NCBI RefSeq assembly: GCF_022539665.2
Contig: NC_081331.1
Location: forward strand, 6,572,001 to 6,636,000
Reading direction: 5' to 3'
Length of the DNA stretch: 64,000 nt
Source: Daphnia carinata
Taxonomy: Eukaryota
Shown: positions 57,969-64,000 of the stretch, piece by piece
Position numbering within the stretch: position 1 is the stretch's first letter
Layout of the letters: every line of letters begins with the position of its first letter
Notes under the pieces: generated by a model
The model's input: only the letters and a program-made list of their open reading frames with translations
What the model was told of the DNA's origin: nothing
Databases searched by the model: none
Position numbers and translations under genes: made by a program

Positions 57969-60285
57969 TTAGGCTTTACGTTTGCGAAATCGAAGGTATT
58001 TACTCAGACATGTTTCCCATTGCATGGTTTGCCACACCTCTACTTGTTTTGACAATTCATTGATTTCTCCCTGAACACGTCGTCTAAGTAAATCTTCTAG
58101 ATCACAAGAGGAATTTTCGTCCAAATATTCTTCTGACAAAACCTTACAGAGAGCAAGGATAAAAGAACTACCCAGATGCGTTATTTCAGCAGGATTATTA
58201 GCCTTTTCTTGGAATAACCGATAGGATTCGAAGCCGGCCAGAGCTGCTTTGATAGTTATGAAATCCATTAGTGGAGGATACTTCAGAACGTCTTGTCTTA
58301 TTTTGATTTCAAGGTTGGTGTTAATTTCCGCTTTTGGCGTTCGGACTGTGGAAGGTGATTGCCATTTACCTGGATAGCAGAAATACAAAATCAAATTATT
58401 TCGCACGAAGGCTATTGATAAACTGAGAAATGTGAGTAGATGAGTTACAAACCGAAAGCAAATGAAAAAGTATCGCGAATGTGGGAAAGCCAGTCCGTTT
58501 CATTTAGTGGCACCTGACAAGCCTGGACGATGAAAATTTTCGGTTTGCCGCATAGACTGGGGCAATTATTTAAAGAGAACTCGTACTTGAGTTCATTAAT
58601 ATTAACGAATCGACCATCGGAGCATAGGATTGCGTTTTCGACTCCATGAGACAAAAGACACACAACAAGGCAACCATAATCCTTCCAATTTCTTTTGGCC
58701 AGATTACTGATTTGGGTTTTCAAATTAACGGATGCAACATTATTAAAAACTTCGGTTTCGAAACCCCATTTTTTAAACGTATCCTGTAACGCATCTCGGT
58801 CCTTGTCGCTCCCTCCGCGGTTCTGGTTTAAAACACAATAAAAGTAAATCAATAAAAATGATGAGGTATTAGAACTTCCATCGTGATACCTGTTTTTTTT
58901 CTTCAAAAACCTGCTGGTTAAAGATAACACAATGGCCACGTATCTTATAATCGTATATCGCATAACTATCATCAATGGAAGGGTTGTAATAAGGTTTGTC
59001 AAGGATTTCTTGTAACGTTGGACGTGCGCTCTCTTCAAAATTCAACATCGACTCTATAAGCTTTACCAAGTCTTCGTTCATTTTTTTTTCTTCCTTAGTT
59101 TCACTGAGAACGAACTTATAGTGCTTTTTGTAGTCTGAATAGTTTCGAACTTGCATGTTGGCCCGACGCTGAGTGTCATTGTCGCCGAATGGATGTTTGG
59201 GTGTTTTGTTGCCCGTCCGTGCGGTTAGGACATAGTGATAGAAACAGCCGAGAATGAAGACATCCAATTTTTTGCTAAGATCTTTTGTCGTATTCTTGCT
59301 TTCCGGTGCTTCCCATCCTTCTGATGCAGCAGATCCCGATAGCTTTAAATCGTTCTCAGGGTCATACTTTCTGGCCAGACGAAAATCGGTTATTTTAACC
59401 ACAAATCGGCATGTGCGGTTTGTGTCCGTGTCCGTTTTCACGGACGAATCCAATTTCTTAATAAGAAAGTTATTTGGCTTGATGTTTCGGTGGATGAAGT
59501 TGTTATCATGCAAGTAATTGAGCCCTCTCGTTGCCTGTCGCAGGATTTCTTTCTCTGGCAATTTCAACAGAATATCCGCATTCATGTAGAATTTATTTCC
59601 GAGCTCTCGATCCAAAAGATCTGCCACAGAACACAGACATAGTTCTGTGGCAAGGTACCTGTGTACAAAATTTAAAAAAAGGTTTCAAAGAAAGAATAAA
59701 AGAATAAACGCAGGTTGCTGATTCCTACACAAAGTTCATATCTATTTCTTGAGAGTAATAGCGGATAAAATTTTCGTGGACTTCGAGTTCTTTCAATATT
59801 CGAAACTCCCGTTCCATTTCTTTCTTCGTCTGTTTGCCGGGGACCAGCATTGTCTTTACGATGGCTACTGGAACATCGTAGTTGTAGAACCCTTCAAAAA
59901 TTTCCCTCTTTTTCGGATCTGTGGAGCTTTTTGGTTTTCCTCCTAGATTGCCGGTAAGGTACACATATTGACGACCGGCCGTTCCATCTTCGCTTTGAAT
60001 GCAAGCTCGAAAAAGCTTACCGTTACTCCCATCACATCCTGGCTTTCTTTCTACGAACAGAAATAAATTTCGCACAAGTTTCTTAGTGATTAAACGCTTT
60101 TTGATTTCTTCCACGTCAAACAAAATCACAGAAAAGTGGGACATACTGACAATTGGAGTTTCGCCCCTAATTACTGGTGTTTCAACTTGCTCGGTTGGAC
60201 TGAACTCCTCAATATTGCGCCCTAGTGCCAATCGGTTGGTAGCCGCTGCAGCACTCCTAGAGTTGTCAGCCTGCTTAGAATACAT
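57969..60285 (-). CDS. IRE1-like (pseudo)kinase fused to a caspase (peptidase C14A) domain, 698 aa; exons 60285-59729, 59658-58890, 58822-58453, 58369-57969
   Basis: IRE1-type kinase motifs VAIVK, REFRILKEL..HENFIRYY, YLATELC, LRQATRGLNYLH, IHRNIKPNN, KITDFRL, SEGWEAPE, DVFILGCFYHYV, HPFG, RPT. In the same exon the caspase begins (RGHCVIFNQ); then NRGGSDKDRDAL, VCLLSHG, CPSLCGKPKIFIVQACQ, and p10 DF...GSSFILALC. CDS total 2097 nt, no internal stop. Confidence 0.9.
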
Positions 60286-60809
60286 TTTTTATTTTTCGAA
60301 CGTGGCCCATTCACTTTTTCTTCAAATGGACTAAAGCACTATTCTGTGTACGTGACACAGTGTTTGATAAGTAGCCTGCTTCTGTCCAAGTCGTTCTTCA
60401 ACTATTCGTTGTGTCCGTTAACTGAACGTTTTCTCATATCAGAGATATTTACGCATTGCTTAAAACTTATCTACAGTAAGTTGTTCGCTTTATGCCGGTG
60501 TATTGCACCATATGTTATATCAGTTGTTAACAGATTAACTTTTTCACCCGTAGATATGAAATTATAGCTGGCCATTGCCTGTCCTATCAGTTAACAGTAA
60601 AATTTACTAAGTAAATAGCCACACAATGGGATCTCAAGCTAGCGCATGTGTGGAATCTACTAATGCATGGAACGAAAAGCCCATACAAGCTGGACAAATT
60701 TCTTGCAATCAACCTGGACCCATGCAGTGCTCAAGTTGGAATAGAGTAGCATATCCTAATTGCTATTATGATTTCCAGCAAATAGCTGATGTTACTAATC
60801 ATTTCATTT

Positions 60810-60813
60810 AAAA
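60810..60813 (-). terminator. Pol III oligo-T terminator of the tRNA-Ile gene
   Basis: TTTT on the minus strand about 5 nt after the discriminator base. Confidence 0.6.
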
Positions 60814-60818
60814 GTGCT

Positions 60819-60926
60819 TTCTCCAGGCGAGGCTCGAACTCGCGACCTCGGCATTACTTCGTTCTTTAGTCACAATAAGTTACTGTCATATAAGTACCTT
60901 GCGCTAACCAACTGCGCCACTGGAGA
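60819..60926 (-). tRNA. tRNA-Ile-TAT: tRNA-Ile(TAT) with 34-nt intron (60855-60888); non-canonical T1-A72 pair and A27.G43 mismatch
   Basis: Minus strand TCTCCAGTGGCGCAGTTGGTTAGCGCAAGGTACT-TAT-A[intron]ATGCCGAGGTCGCGAGTTCGAGCCTCGCCTGGAGAA; A and B boxes present; anticodon at 60890-60892. Confidence 0.9.
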
Positions 60927-61181
60927 TATCATAAAGCAATGATGCTTTCACGAGGAAGAATGAGATTAGATACGCGATAGACGTTCCTAACGGATCGGGA
61001 TGATAAGAATGAAGAAAAAAACAATTTTTTTGCTAGATGGATACTAAGGAACTGTTGAAAATCTGAGAAGTTAAGTTACATACGGAAAATAGCACCATAA
61101 GCGCGAAATGGCGGACGATGAATTGCCGTGAGCAATGATTCCCGTGTTACCCTGTTTCAGGCTTCCTTGACGAGGCATTTA

Positions 61182-62930
61182 TCAGTATTCCTCGAAAGTT
61201 TTCTTTATTTCCTTGATTTGATAAGCTTCGAAGCCGGCCAGAGCTGCCTTGATTGTTATGAAATCCATTAGTGGAGGATTCTTCCTAGCGTCTTGTATCA
61301 TTTTGATTTCATGGGTGGCATTAATTTTCTTTTTTGGCCATTTGACTGTGGAAGGGGATTGCCACCTACCTGGAAAGCAGGCATACAAAAAAATCTAATT
61401 ATTCTGGATGAAGGGTATTAATGAACTGAGAAATGTGAGTAGACGAGTTACAAACCGAAAGCAAATGAAATGGTATTGCAAATGTGGGAAAAGAGGTCGT
61501 TGTCATTCAGTGGCACCTGGCAAGCCTGGACGATGAAAATTTTCGGTTTGCGGTACAGGCTGGGGCAATTATTTAAAGAGAACTCGTACTTGAGTTCATT
61601 AATATTAGCGAATTTGCCGTCGTAACACATGATTGCGTTCTCGACTCCATGAGACAAAAGACACACAACAAGGCAACCATAATCCTCCCAATCTCTTTTG
61701 GCCAGATTTTTGATTTCGGATTCCAAATCAAACGATGCAACATTTTCAAAAACTCTGGTTTCGAAACCCAATTTTTTAAACGTCTTCTGTAACGCATCTC
61801 GGTCCTTGTCGCTCCCTCCGCGGTTCTAGTTCAAAACAAAATAAAAGTAAATCAATAAAAGTGATGGAGGATCAACTGGCATTTAGGCATTATAACTTCC
61901 ATCGTGATACCTGTTTTTTATCTTGAAAAACCTGCTGGTTAAAGATAACACAAAGGCCAGGTATCTTATAATCGTCTAGCGCATAAACATCATCATCATT
62001 GGAAGGGTTGTAATAAGGATTGTCAAGGACTTCTTGTAACGTTGGACGTGCGCTCTCTTCAAACTTCAACATCGACTTTATAAGCTTTGCCAAGTCCTCG
62101 TTCTGATCATTGAGAACGAACTTATGGTCTTCTTTGTAGACTGAATAAATTGAAGATCGCATGTGGACCCGGCGCTGAGTGTCATTGTCGCCGAATGGAT
62201 GTCTGGGTGTTTTGTTGTCCGTTCGCGCGGTTAGGACGTAATGATAGAAACAGCCGAGAATGAAGACATCCAATTTTGTACTGAGATCTTTTGTCGTATC
62301 CGTGCTTTCCGGTGCTTCCCAGTCTTCAACATACAAAATAAAAAAAAAAAGGTTTTCAAAGAAAGAATAAAAGAATAAACGCAGGTTGCTAATTCCTACA
62401 CAAAGTCCTTATCTATTTCTTGAGAGTAATAGCGGATAAAATTTTCGTGGACTTCTAGTTCTTTCAATATTCGAAACTCCCGTTCAATTTCTTTCTTCTG
62501 CTGTTGGTGTTTCTCAGACAGTTGGCTGGGGATCAGCATCGTCTTTACGATGGCTACTGGAACATCGTAGTTGTAGAACCCTTTCAAAATTTCTCTCTTT
62601 TTCGGTGCTGAGGAGGGTTTTGGTTTTCCTCCTGGATTGCCGGTCAGGTGCAAATATTGATAAACGGCCGTTCCATCTTCGCTTTGAATGTAAGCTCGAA
62701 AAAGCTTACCGTTACTTCCATCACATCCTGGCTTTCTTTCTACAAAGAGAAATAAATCTCAAACAAGTTTCTGAGTGATTAAACTAAAGTTCTTCTACGT
62801 CAAATAAAATCACAGGAAAGTGAGACATACTGCCAATTGGAGTTCGCTCTTTAAGTAGAACGGGTAGCGACGCTTCGTGGTCCGATTCAACCGGTGTTTC
62901 AACAGAAGACATTCTGTGTTCTTCGAACAT
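61182..62930 (-). pseudogene. Decayed duplicate of the IRE1-like kinase-caspase gene
   Basis: High nucleotide similarity to 58215-60285. Lesions: TAG at 62784-62786 with a frameshift, CGA->TGA at 62759-62761, ~340-bp deletion at ~62330 removing the exon-2 acceptor and the HRN/DFR core, and last exon stopping at 61182 before the p10 GSxF motif. SHG and QACQ are retained. Confidence 0.85.
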
Positions 62931-64000
62931 GTTCCGTTCGCTTTTTCTTCAAATGTACTACAGCAATATTCTGTGTACGTGACACAGTGTTTGATAAGTA
63001 GCCTGCTTCTGTTCAAGTCGTTCTTCAATTATTCGTTGTGTCCGTTAACTGAATGTCTTCTAATATCAGAGATATCTACGCACTTGTCGGAAATTTATCT
63101 GCAGTAAGTCGTCCGCTTTACGACAGTGTATTGCACAATACGTCATATCAGTTGTTAACAGATTAACTTTTTCACCCGTGGATATGAAATTTTAGCTGGC
63201 CTTTGCCTGTCCTATCAGTTAACAGCAACATTTACTAAGTAAATAGCCACACAATGGGATCTTAAGCTAGCGCATGTGTGGAATCTACTAATGCATGGAA
63301 CGAAAAGTCTATACAAGCTGGACAAAATTCTTACAGTGTAAAAAAATAATAAAAAGTAATAAATAAAAAACTCTACCATTATCAGGCAAAGGCGGTATTA
63401 TGGTAGAAGATATGGCCGAGACGGCGGGCGTTCAAACGGACCGTATCTTAAAAAATTTATTTCGTTTTCCAAGCAGAAATTTGCGAGCTCAGCAAACCCG
63501 CACTAAGATCAAAGGTACGGTACATCACACATCCAGTTACGCAATACGAATAAAATCGAACACATAATAAACACTTACTGATAGTGCCACTAGGGAAACA
63601 AGATGATTTCATACACCATATATTCGTTGTTTCATAAACGCCGATGAAGTTTTTGGCTTCAAACAGTCTGATTTTCTAAGAAAATCATCTACGAGCAATA
63701 AATATATGGGACACCTAGAGTTCATTTTCATTGTTCAAGAACAATTTAGATCTCTCATCGATTATTATTGGATATTACATGCGAACGTATTGTTGCAAAC
63801 TAAGCACGTATAAAGCGAAATCCGATGTAGCGAATGAAAACGAATACGAGTAGGGTAGAAAAAATGCTATATTAAGCTTAAGACAAAAAACGGGACGATG
63901 CGGAAAAATGGCGACACGACAGGTAATCGGCAGAAAAGAATCTACGCGATTGACACGTCATGAATCATGCCGTTGTCTACGAAAAAGAACAAAAGACTTA

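Larger units (their letters stand above)
58215..63330. repeat. Tandem segmental duplication (copy A ~58215-60705, copy B ~61215-63330) including the upstream flank
   Basis: Non-coding flanks are also near-identical, e.g. 60340-60700 vs 62970-63330 (GTGTACGTGACACAGTGTTTGATAAGTAGCCTGC...GCTAGCGCATGTGTGGAATCTACTAATGCATGGAACGAAAAG). Confidence 0.9.

Overview
Eukaryotic, AT-rich genomic window with many short (~60-85 nt) GT-AG introns; the gene set and intron style suggest a branchiopod crustacean such as Daphnia (inference). Spliced genes reconstructed by hand, in order: Vps55/LEPROT (+), PKA type II regulatory subunit (+), ERMP1-like M28 peptidase (+), MetAP2 (-), DRAK/STK17 kinase (-), trypsin-like protease with a Thr-rich insert (-), UBL4A (-), METTL7-like methyltransferase (+), ankyrin-repeat plus cGAS/Mab-21-like nucleotidyltransferase (+), an intronless gene with FAM161/TPX2-like motifs (+), an IRE1-like pseudokinase-caspase fusion (-), an intron-containing tRNA-Ile(TAT) (-) and a decayed duplicate of the pseudokinase-caspase (-). 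A degenerate foldback element lies at ~36.25-37.3 kb. Top observations: (1) a candidate immune/cell-death locus pairing an ANK-cGLR that keeps its catalytic motifs with an IRE1/RNase L-like pseudokinase whose RNase domain is replaced by a caspase; (2) a probable 1-nt microexon in Vps55. Apparent frameshifts in PKA-R2 and MetAP2 suggest some assembly indel error. All calls come from manual translation and motif recognition; no database searches were run.
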